The position numbers were made by a program, and so were the translations under genes. A DNA stretch of 50,831 nt from a virus. Shown here one piece after another: positions 26,389-33,851 of the stretch (its first letter is position 1; each line of letters begins with the position of its first letter). The notes below the pieces were generated by a model, which searched no databases, had not been told where the DNA came from, and was given only the letters and a program-made list of their open reading frames with translations. The stretch lies in the UHGV virus genome UHGV-0144957; one strand, written 5' to 3'.

Positions 26389-26597
26389 AAGAAATATTTG
26401 ATAACTCCTTTTTACTTTTTAGTGGGTTGCATCAACAGCCTTATCAAAACCTTCGTTTTCATGGCTACTTTACAACCACCTTATTTCAAAAGATTTTCCC
26501 AGACAACTTTTTATGAAGCTGGAAGAATCCATAAGAGAGTATGGGGAGTACCATTGCTGGCTGTGATAGGCTCTTTCATCAAGTAAAAGGATTGACA

Positions 26598-26685
26598 GAA
26601 ACACCCCACGTGCGTGGGGAAGACTTGGCTCCGGTGGAATTGACGTTGAGTGTCGGGGAAACACCCCCACGTACGTGGGGAAGAC
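26598..26685. CRISPR. putative 2-repeat mini-array (27/28-nt palindromic repeats, one 33-nt spacer)
   Basis: GAAACACCCCACGTGCGTGGGGAAGAC (26598-624) and GAAACACCCCCACGTACGTGGGGAAGAC (26658-685) are separated by 33 nt. The reverse complement GTCTTCCCCACGCACGTGGGGTGTTTC is reminiscent of I-E-type repeats. The mini-array shares the AT-rich region 26389-26597 with the larger array. Confidence 0.4.
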
Positions 26686-26726
26686 CTCTCTTGCTAAAGA
26701 GTGTTGGCAAGAGTTAAATTGAAAAG

Positions 26727-26747
26727 TCATTGGAAAAGCCCCGTTCA
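26727..26747 (-). terminator. terminator hairpin downstream of gene 26769-27380
   Basis: AGCCCCG-TTCAGGG-CGGGGCT stem-loop, with a T-run on the minus strand. Confidence 0.4.
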
Positions 26748-26768
26748 GGGCGGGGCTTTAAAAAGATT

Positions 26769-27380
26769 CTACCGTAACAAGCTGCAGTCGTCGGCTACCA
26801 CATTACCCAGTGCCATACCTTTAACCGTACACATGAGGGAAACTTTCCCACCTTTTCTTAAAGACGCGGCAGAATCCGTTTGCCCGCGTTCCAAATCGGC
26901 AAAAATATTTTCCAAGAAGCCTGTCCCTTCGAGGGTCAATCTTGCCAGCCCGGTAACGGATTTGGATATATCAGTTACTGTTCCAGTAATAATAATCTCT
27001 TTTCCTTTATATTTTTGGTCAGCGGCAATCTCGTTGGACTTGTACTCACGGACGAGCTGGACAGACGTGATCCGAGGCATTTTTGCTATTTTCTCCTGCT
27101 CGGCTGCGGCTCGCTCAGCTTGTTTACGCAGTTTATACTCTTCATTGGCAGCTTCAATACGGGCTTTCTCTTCTGGAGTTTGCGTTACCGCCTTGAATGC
27201 TCCAATAGCGAAGAAGATAAGGAAAATATAGCCTATCCATTTGATAATTTTTTTCCCGAATATCCCTGATGAACTCCCTTTTTTTCTGTCAGCATCAGTT
27301 ACAGGACGCCCGCATTTAGGGCAAGCCGCTGCGGAAGTCGAAACTTTGGATTTGCAATCCGGGCATTTGAAGGTAGCCAT
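26769..27380 (-). CDS. zinc-ribbon + TM + OB-fold (tRNA_anti-like) domain protein
   Basis: N-terminal CPDCKSK...CPKCGRP ribbon. TM helix IIKWIGYIFLIFFAIGAF. A coiled linker. C-terminal OB-fold-like region (GKEIIITGTVTDISKS...). The gene sits on an AT-rich island. Confidence 0.5.
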   Translation of the reverse strand: MATFKCPDCKSKVSTSAAACPKCGRPVTDADRKKGSSSGIFGKKIIKWIGYIFLIFFAIGAFKAVTQTPEEKARIEAANEEYKLRKQAERAAAEQEKIAKMPRITSVQLVREYKSNEIAADQKYKGKEIIITGTVTDISKSVTGLARLTLEGTGFLENIFADLERGQTDSAASLRKGGKVSLMCTVKGMALGNVVADDCSLLR

Positions 27381-27476
27381 ACATCATCCCCCTTATTTAT
27401 AGATGAGGCTATCATGGCATAGGCCGTTTCAAAAATCCACCGCCGCCGCTCCGAAAGGGGCTTTTGTTTTGCCCTG

Positions 27477-27496
27477 TGCGAACCTTGTTCACGGTA
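27477..27496 (+). promoter_or_regulatory. conserved late-promoter motif copy 3
   Basis: TGCGAACCTTGTTCACGGTA follows a terminator-like hairpin (GCTCCGAAAGGGGCTTTTGTTTT), 48 nt upstream of ATG 27544. Confidence 0.5.
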
Positions 27497-27543
27497 CATC
27501 ATTTCTTTTTTTCAGGGCATCATCCTGAAAAAGGAAGGTCCGC

Positions 27544-27741
27544 ATGTACGTTGAAAATACCAATTATTGGGTTGAGGTTGTGTTGCGGCAGTTAAAGGGG
27601 TTTGTCCCCAAGGGCGAGCCTGTCCATTTTCACATTTGTTTTTCCATGGTGGGGGGGGAACCCACGATAGATTTCACGGCTGTTCAGGTTTTTGATGAGG
27701 AAGATCAACTACAACCTCAAACCGAACCCGCGATGTGCTAG
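27544..27741 (+). CDS. hypothetical protein (65 aa)
   Basis: Good RBS AAAAAGGAAGG and late-promoter motif copy 3 upstream. Convergently overlaps the next gene by 68 nt. Confidence 0.35.
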   Translation: MYVENTNYWVEVVLRQLKGFVPKGEPVHFHICFSMVGGEPTIDFTAVQVFDEEDQLQPQTEPAMC

Positions 27742-28039
27742 AATCGGATGTTTCCCGGTGCCCATCCGCCTTCAGACTTGCGGCAATCACGGCCACGCCA
27801 AAGCCGCCTCCAGCCTTGCCAGACTTGCTGGCCGTAATGGCAATATCAAAAGCCACGGTCTGCAATTGGGTTTGGGAATGAAACGCTTCGGGGTTCTTGA
27901 TCCGTTCAGGGCCATTTTCTTTAGCACGGTAGTACGGATTGATGAGCGCCCCAGAGCCCCGCAACCGCGTCTGCGCGCCGTGGATGCCCTCGGCGATCTG
28001 GCACAGCGTTTCTTCTACAAAGCTCTTCAAGTCCATCAT
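27674..28039 (-). CDS. hypothetical protein (121 aa)
   Basis: ORF track. Globular-looking composition. I have a vague recollection of similarity to small domains associated with trypsin-like/defence modules (AFDIAITASKSGKAGGGFGVAV...), but this is unverified. Confidence 0.35.
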   Translation of the reverse strand: MMDLKSFVEETLCQIAEGIHGAQTRLRGSGALINPYYRAKENGPERIKNPEAFHSQTQLQTVAFDIAITASKSGKAGGGFGVAVIAASLKADGHRETSDSSTSRVRFEVVVDLPHQKPEQP

Positions 28040-28068
28040 TATGGCCGAAACACTATGGAGGTTCAGCG

Positions 28069-28857
28069 ATGGAAAATTCCCCCTTGGCTTTTTTTGAGCA
28101 TGAAAAGTTCGGTTCTCTTCGTGTCGTCAGAAGGGAGCAGGGCGAACCGTGGTTCATGGCGAAAGACGTATGTGGATGTCTCGGTCTGGATACCAGTAAC
28201 CTTTCAAAAATGCTGGATGAAGACGAGCTTTCGACCTGCCCCGTACAGTATACGGATCAGGTCAGGAATCTTTCCGTTGTTTCCGAACCCGGCCTGTATT
28301 CCCTCATCCTCCGTTCCCGCAAGCACGAAGCCAAGGCGTTCAAGCGGTGGGTGACGCACGAGGTCATCCCCTCCATCCGCAAGACGGGCGGGTATCTGGC
28401 AACGAAACCCGACGATACCCCCGAAGCCATCCTTGCCCACGCCGTGCTGGTCGCGCAGGACACCATCAGGCGCATTGAAGCCGAACGCGACGATGCGATC
28501 CGCACCAAGGCCGAAATCAGTTCACGCCGCGAGGCCACCGCAATGGCGACCGCATCCGCCGCCGTCCGCAAGGCTGCGGCTCTTGAGAACGAGCTTGGGC
28601 GGGGCAGGGACTACAAGTCCGTGAAGGGCATCCCGTGGTTCCTTGACGTCTTTGCGGATACGCCAGCCGCGTACTCCGTCGCGGGACGCAAGCTCTCCGA
28701 TATGTCCCGCCGTATGGATTACGAGATCCGGGAGATCGAGGACAGCCGTTTCGGGAGCGTGAAGGCGTACCACGTCGACGTGATTGAAGCCTTCCGGCTG
28801 GCCCTGAAAAACGACCTGAACATGCTGGGCAAGTACCGCCTTCGCCGGGCGGCATAG
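28069..28857 (+). CDS. phage antirepressor, Bro-N domain + KilA-C-like (second copy)
   Basis: LAFFEHEKFGSLRVVRREQGEPWFMAKDVCGCLGL is a Bro-N domain. The C-terminal half is alignable with the gene at 4120-4893 (…VIPSIRKTGGY…PDDTPE…ILAHAVLVAQ…). Confidence 0.8.
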   Translation: MENSPLAFFEHEKFGSLRVVRREQGEPWFMAKDVCGCLGLDTSNLSKMLDEDELSTCPVQYTDQVRNLSVVSEPGLYSLILRSRKHEAKAFKRWVTHEVIPSIRKTGGYLATKPDDTPEAILAHAVLVAQDTIRRIEAERDDAIRTKAEISSRREATAMATASAAVRKAAALENELGRGRDYKSVKGIPWFLDVFADTPAAYSVAGRKLSDMSRRMDYEIREIEDSRFGSVKAYHVDVIEAFRLALKNDLNMLGKYRLRRAA

Positions 28858-28860
28858 CCT

Positions 28861-28878
28861 CGAATTTTGTTCACGGTG
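28861..28878 (+). promoter_or_regulatory. conserved late-promoter motif copy 4 (degenerate)
   Basis: CGAATTTTGTTCACGGTG lies 51 nt upstream of ATG 28929, the start of the head-completion/tail genes. Confidence 0.4.
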
Positions 28879-28928
28879 ATTTCTCTCCGTCCTTTTTGCC
28901 ATGATGACCAAAACAACGGAGGACAGAT

Positions 28929-29333
28929 ATGGCTAGACCCAAAAAGAATACCGCCCCGGAAACGGTGCAGGCGACGAAGGCGGATACCGTGATGGTCGCC
29001 CTGAACCGGACGACCGGGATCATGTTCCCGATGCCCGACGGACGCAAGGTGCTCATCGAAGGCAACGCCGCCAGCCTGCGCGGAAAGGAAAAGGGCGTGC
29101 TGCCCGTGGGCGCGTTCGGGCTGACGCGGGTGAATGCCGACGATTGGGCGTACATCGAAAAGACCTATGGCCCGCACATGGAGATTTTCAAGTCTGGCCT
29201 CATCTTCGCGCAGGCGCGCAAGGCCGACGCTGTGGACGAGGCCGACGAAAGGGCGGAACTGCGCCACGGCCTGGAACCCGTGGACGTAGCCAAGGCGCAG
29301 ACCGAACCGCTCCAGAGCAAGGCGGGGTTCTAG
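28929..29333 (+). CDS. hypothetical virion protein (134 aa)
   Basis: First gene of the resumed structural operon. RBS AACGGAGGACAG. Confidence 0.4.
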   Translation: MARPKKNTAPETVQATKADTVMVALNRTTGIMFPMPDGRKVLIEGNAASLRGKEKGVLPVGAFGLTRVNADDWAYIEKTYGPHMEIFKSGLIFAQARKADAVDEADERAELRHGLEPVDVAKAQTEPLQSKAGF

Positions 29334-29336
29334 CCC

Positions 29337-29768
29337 GTGTCCGTGGTCGTCTTTGATCCGCAGGAGTTCCGGGAGGCCTATCCGCGCTTCGTCGATCCGA
29401 AGACCGGGCAGCCTCTTCTGACTGACGCACAGCTTCGGCAGGCGTTCGACGTCGCCTGTCTGCTTCTGGACAACACGGACTCCTCCCCGGTTCCCTACGA
29501 CCCGGCCCACGGCGTCATGATCCGCAAGACGCTGCTGTACCTCCTCGTCTGCCATCTGGCGACGCTGGCCTTGTGGCCGACGGGACAGGCCGGGCCCGTG
29601 GCTTCGGCGACGGAAGGGACTGTCAGCGTCAGCTTTTCCGTACCTCAGAACACCGGGAAAGCCTTCTATGTGCAGACGCCGTGCGGACAGGCGTTTTGGC
29701 AGGCCATCCAGCCCTATGCCGTGGGCGGGCGCTACTATGCCGCCCGGTATTGGCATCCGTGGGGATAA
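29337..29768 (+). CDS. head-tail connector-like protein (DUF4054-like?)
   Basis: GTG start 3 nt after the upstream stop. 143 aa. The functional call rests on position alone. Confidence 0.35.
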   Translation: MSVVVFDPQEFREAYPRFVDPKTGQPLLTDAQLRQAFDVACLLLDNTDSSPVPYDPAHGVMIRKTLLYLLVCHLATLALWPTGQAGPVASATEGTVSVSFSVPQNTGKAFYVQTPCGQAFWQAIQPYAVGGRYYAARYWHPWG

Positions 29769-29772
29769 AACT

Positions 29773-30333
29773 GTGCCCGGAGAACTCGAAAAACTGCTCA
29801 AGCGGTACATCACCCCAGATATCGTCGTGAAGGCCGGGGTGCTCGAAAATGCGACGCGGGGCGAAGGCGGTACGCCCGTTGCGGAGTATGCGGCGTACAA
29901 CGAATACGGCGCAACAATCGAAATCCCTGAGCGGACGCAAACCTTGTACTTCAAGCGGAAGCGTGACGGCAGCGTCGGGAATCGGTTCGTAAAGAAGGGC
30001 AAAAGCGATTTTGCGCAGGATGCGACGGTCAAAGCCCACACCGTCACCATCCCCTCCCGGCCTTTCCTGCGGTCAACGCTCGATACCAAGGCGGACGTAT
30101 GGTGCGATAACCTCGCGAAAGCGTTGGAAACCGGACGGACGCCGAAAGAGGCGATGCGGCTTGTGGGGCGTCGCATGGCTGACGACATCCAAGCGACGAT
30201 CAAGAGCAATATGCCCCCGGACAACGCCGAGTCCACCAAGCGCCGCAAGAACGCCAAGGGCGCGGGAAAGGGGACGCTCATCGACTCCGGGAGCCTGCTC
30301 AAGTCCATTGATTACGAGGTAGTCAAAAGATGA
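29773..30333 (+). CDS. virion morphogenesis / HK97 gp10-like tail-component protein
   Basis: GTG start after GGGGA. The C-terminal TLIDSGSLLKSIDYEV resembles the DTGxLRxSI motif of the gp10 family. Confidence 0.4.
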   Translation: MPGELEKLLKRYITPDIVVKAGVLENATRGEGGTPVAEYAAYNEYGATIEIPERTQTLYFKRKRDGSVGNRFVKKGKSDFAQDATVKAHTVTIPSRPFLRSTLDTKADVWCDNLAKALETGRTPKEAMRLVGRRMADDIQATIKSNMPPDNAESTKRRKNAKGAGKGTLIDSGSLLKSIDYEVVKR

Positions 30334-30761
30334 ATCTTCATGAGCTGGTGCGTCCGCTTGTCGGCATCGTGAACCCTTTCCAGCCGGTTGTGATTCTCGT
30401 CTCTGTGGGGTTCACGGTGAACGCGCAGTATGAGCAGGTTCCGGCATGGGCCCCTGCCGTGGAGGTCATGGCGCAGCCTCAGCCTGTCGCGGACAAGACG
30501 CTGCAATTCCTCGTGCAGCAGCGCCAGAATACGATCTGGCACGATTTTTACCTTTCCGGGGACTGGTCGGCCCTTGATCGTCCGGCGGAGCAGGGCGGCG
30601 ATCTCGTCTATTGGGATGGCGCCGAGTGGCAGGTTGATCAGGTCTTGGAACGCTGGAACCCCACGGCGGGCTGGACGAAAATCCGGTGCGTAAAGCTCCG
30701 GGAAACCGCGCCGCCGGAAATCGGGGCCACGGAACCGCCCAAAGGGGAAGACGATGAGTGA
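30330..30761 (+). CDS. hypothetical tail-completion protein (143 aa)
   Basis: ATGA overlap. Position in the Mu-like morphogenesis block. Confidence 0.4.
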   Translation: MNLHELVRPLVGIVNPFQPVVILVSVGFTVNAQYEQVPAWAPAVEVMAQPQPVADKTLQFLVQQRQNTIWHDFYLSGDWSALDRPAEQGGDLVYWDGAEWQVDQVLERWNPTAGWTKIRCVKLRETAPPEIGATEPPKGEDDE

Positions 30762-31239
30762 CGGCATCCTCGTGCAGGCCCTTGGAGACTTCTGCAAACG
30801 CTACCTCGGCGATTCCGCCGTTGTTGTGCGCGGCTACGTCAACCGCGTGAGCAAGCCGAAGACGAAAAGCTACGTGCTCGTTACCCCCATGACCATGACG
30901 CGCCTTTCGACGAACCTGCATCAAACGGAGTGCGGCGGGACAGCCATCGTACAGCCGCAGCGCCGCCGGGTACAGCTCGACGTCTATGGGCCGACCGCCG
31001 CCGACCGCGCCCAAACGCTCGCAACGCTCCTGCGCGACGGCGTGGGGTGCCGCTTCCTCCAGACATACGGGATCGCCCCCCTGTACGTCGAAGACCCGCA
31101 GGACATGACGCAGGCGGAAGGTGACGAGCAGTACAATCCCCGCTTCATGCTCAACGTGCTGATTCAGGCTAACCGCGTTGAACACGTTGAGATGGATACT
31201 TTTACCGACGCGGACTTTTCCGTTCATCCGCTGGCATAG
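30754..31239 (+). CDS. hypothetical neck/tail terminator-like protein (161 aa)
   Basis: Overlapping start. It lies immediately upstream of the sheath gene. Confidence 0.4.
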   Translation: MSDGILVQALGDFCKRYLGDSAVVVRGYVNRVSKPKTKSYVLVTPMTMTRLSTNLHQTECGGTAIVQPQRRRVQLDVYGPTAADRAQTLATLLRDGVGCRFLQTYGIAPLYVEDPQDMTQAEGDEQYNPRFMLNVLIQANRVEHVEMDTFTDADFSVHPLA

Positions 31240-31257
31240 CAAACACAGGAGGGCGCA

Positions 31258-32763
31258 ATGAGCGTCAATGCCGACAAACTAGTCCAAATCATCCCCCGCA
31301 TCATCGAAGGCGGCACGCCGGGCCTGACCTTCGCCGGGCTCCTGCTCTCGCAGTCCGAGCTTTTGCCCGCAGGCCGGGTTGTGCAGTTCGCCAGTGCGCA
31401 GGCCGTGGTGAATTATTTCGGATCGCTCTCGGAAGAGGCGGGCATGGCTTCCATGTACTTTTCCGGCTACGTGAACACGACGAGCCTCCCGGACAAGATC
31501 TTCTTTGCCCGGTACAACGGCGATGCCGTGGGCGCATGGCTGCGCGGCGCGAAGTACACGGGCAATCTCGCCGTGTTGCAGGCAGTGACCAACGGCGCGA
31601 TGGTTATTTCCATCGACAACACGCCGTACACGCTTTCCTCCGTGGATTTGTCCGCCGCAACGAGCTTTTCGCAGGTGGCGGAGAAGCTCCAGACCGCGCT
31701 CACGACGGCGGGCGCGACCGGGGCGAAGGTGGCCTACTCCAGCCAGACCGGGGCCTTCCAGATCGACAGCCCGACGACCGGGACAAGTTCCGCCGTGGCC
31801 TTCCCGACGCCGCCGGAATCCGGGACCGACCTCGGCGCGCTTTTGCTGCTCACCGAGCAGGCCGGGGCCGTGCAGTCCGTGGGCATGGCCGCTCAGACGC
31901 TTCCCGACTGCATGACCAACGTGCTCCTGTACGCCCGCGATTGGGTGACGTTCGGGACTGTCTGGGAGCCTGAGCTTGACGACAAAATTTCACTTGCCCG
32001 GTGGTGCGCGGGGTATGACACCCGTTTCGCCTACGTGATGTGGGATACCGACAACGCCGCGCAGGTCGCGGGCTCTACGGCCTCGGCGGGGTATCAGATC
32101 GCCAAGGTGCTCGAACTCGACGGGACGGTTCCCGTGTTCAACACGCCTGAGCTTGCGGCGTGGGTCATGGGCACGGCTGCCTCCATCAACTTTGAAGAGA
32201 CGAACGGACGGCTCACCTTCGCGTTCAAGCAGGGCGAAGGGCTTGCCGTAACCTGCGACAACGACGAGAACTATGACGCGCTGATCGCCAACGGCTACAA
32301 CTGCTATGCGGACTTCGCCACGGCCTCCAGCCAGTTCAAGTTTTTCCAGAACGGGCAGGTTTCCGGCAAATGGGGCTGGCTCGACACCTACCTTGACGCC
32401 ATCGCCATCAAGGACGGCCTCCAGCTGAACCTCCTTGATCTGTTCAAGGCCGTAAAGTGCATCCCGTATAACGAGAGCGGCTACGGCATGATCCGCACGG
32501 CCTGCCTCGACACCATCACCCGTTTCCTCGACTTCGGGGCCATCCGCACCGGAGTGACCCTCTCGAACACCCAAAAAGTGCAGCTTCTTGCTGAAATCGG
32601 GCAGGACGTTTCCCAGACGCTTGAAACGCAGGGCTGGTACATGCAGGTCAAGGACCCCGGCGCGACCGTGCGCGGACAGCGCCAATCCCCGGAATGCAAA
32701 TTCTATTACATGGACGGCGGCAGCGTGCAGCAAATCGTCATGCCCGCCACGGCCATTCAGTGA
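31258..32763 (+). CDS. contractile tail sheath protein
   Basis: 501 aa, directly upstream of the tube and chaperone genes. RBS ACAGGAGGG. Confidence 0.6.
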   Translation: MSVNADKLVQIIPRIIEGGTPGLTFAGLLLSQSELLPAGRVVQFASAQAVVNYFGSLSEEAGMASMYFSGYVNTTSLPDKIFFARYNGDAVGAWLRGAKYTGNLAVLQAVTNGAMVISIDNTPYTLSSVDLSAATSFSQVAEKLQTALTTAGATGAKVAYSSQTGAFQIDSPTTGTSSAVAFPTPPESGTDLGALLLLTEQAGAVQSVGMAAQTLPDCMTNVLLYARDWVTFGTVWEPELDDKISLARWCAGYDTRFAYVMWDTDNAAQVAGSTASAGYQIAKVLELDGTVPVFNTPELAAWVMGTAASINFEETNGRLTFAFKQGEGLAVTCDNDENYDALIANGYNCYADFATASSQFKFFQNGQVSGKWGWLDTYLDAIAIKDGLQLNLLDLFKAVKCIPYNESGYGMIRTACLDTITRFLDFGAIRTGVTLSNTQKVQLLAEIGQDVSQTLETQGWYMQVKDPGATVRGQRQSPECKFYYMDGGSVQQIVMPATAIQ

Positions 32764-32774
32764 TGAGGTAAAAC

Positions 32775-33224
32775 ATGGCTGACAACTTCGGCAACATGAC
32801 GATTACAGCGGCAAATTGCACGCTTTTCCTGACGGTTCCCGGCCTCTACGACAGCCCCGTGCAGATCGAGGGGTTCAGCACCGACGCGATGGTCAGCGTC
32901 GCTGCGAATACGCCCATCGTCGCTGAAAAGGGCGTTGACGGGCATACCTCTTTTGGGTGGGTCCCGACCAACAAGGAAGTCACGATCACCCTCGCTGCGG
33001 ACTCGCCCAGCCGCCAGCTCATGGAAGATTGGGCGACATATCAGGAAACGGCACGGGAGGTGATGCTCTGCAATGCCGAGTTCGCCATGCCGAGCATCAA
33101 CCGGAAGATCACCGGGAAGCGGGGCGGCCTCACCTCCGTGCAGTCCAGCCCCAACGCCGCTCAGACCTTGCAGGCGAGCGCCTTCGTCATCACCTTCGAC
33201 CAGTGGACCGCGAGCCCGCTTTAA
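32775..33224 (+). CDS. tail tube protein
   Basis: 149 aa, located between the sheath and chaperone genes. Confidence 0.55.
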   Translation: MADNFGNMTITAANCTLFLTVPGLYDSPVQIEGFSTDAMVSVAANTPIVAEKGVDGHTSFGWVPTNKEVTITLAADSPSRQLMEDWATYQETAREVMLCNAEFAMPSINRKITGKRGGLTSVQSSPNAAQTLQASAFVITFDQWTASPL

Positions 33225-33239
33225 ACCGTGGAGGCCGTC

Positions 33240-33737
33240 ATGCTCAACGAAAAGATCATTGCCATCGACAAGGGCCGGGACGCCGGGAAGACCTTCAAGG
33301 TCAAGGAAATGCCCGTCACGAAACTGGAAAAATGGGCCGCCCGCGTGCTGCTCGCCGTCTTCGGTTCCGAGATGCCCGCCGACATCCGGGCGCTCTCCGC
33401 GTCATCGAACACAGCCGCGCTGCTTTCCGCAGGACTCCGGGGGCTGTCCGGGCTGAAGTGGGAACAGGCCGAACCGCTCTATGACGAGCTCCTCGGACAG
33501 ATCTACCGCGTCCCGAACCCCGGAAAGCCCGATGACGTCATCAGGCTCACCCCGCAAAACCTCGACGCGCATATTGAGGACGTAGGCACGATCTACCGCC
33601 TGCGCTGGGAGGCCATCGCCGTCTGTCTGGATTTTTTGCAGGGCGGCGAGGGCTTGACCTCCCGCCTGTCGCAGATCCTCAACCTCTCGGACTCCGGGAC
33701 TACGCAAACCTCCCCGGATGCGTCGGTATCCCGGTAA
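33240..33737 (+). CDS. tail assembly chaperone (G-like); a -1 frameshift at 33632-33638 would give an extended G-T-like product ending at 33865
   Basis: GGAGG 5 nt before ATG 33240. The slippery heptamer T_TTT_TTG lies in the 0 frame. The -1 frame is open from 33578 to 33865 and encodes a plausible peptide (...LHEMQTVYGLSDAYELMEIIAVDGHNQRLWSKHDRR). Confidence 0.5.
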   Translation: MLNEKIIAIDKGRDAGKTFKVKEMPVTKLEKWAARVLLAVFGSEMPADIRALSASSNTAALLSAGLRGLSGLKWEQAEPLYDELLGQIYRVPNPGKPDDVIRLTPQNLDAHIEDVGTIYRLRWEAIAVCLDFLQGGEGLTSRLSQILNLSDSGTTQTSPDASVSR

Positions 33738-33851
33738 GCCGGAACCTCGCGACGCTGCACGAAATGCAGACCGTGTATGGCCTGTCCGATGCCTACGAAC
33801 TGATGGAAATTATTGCCGTGGACGGACATAACCAACGTCTCTGGAGCAAAC

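Noticed and set aside
26398-26730. ORFs 26398-26586 (+) and 26470-26730 (-) between and over the CRISPR-type arrays
   Set aside because: They run through AT-rich leader DNA and through the palindromic repeats. This is more parsimonious as non-coding leader and array.
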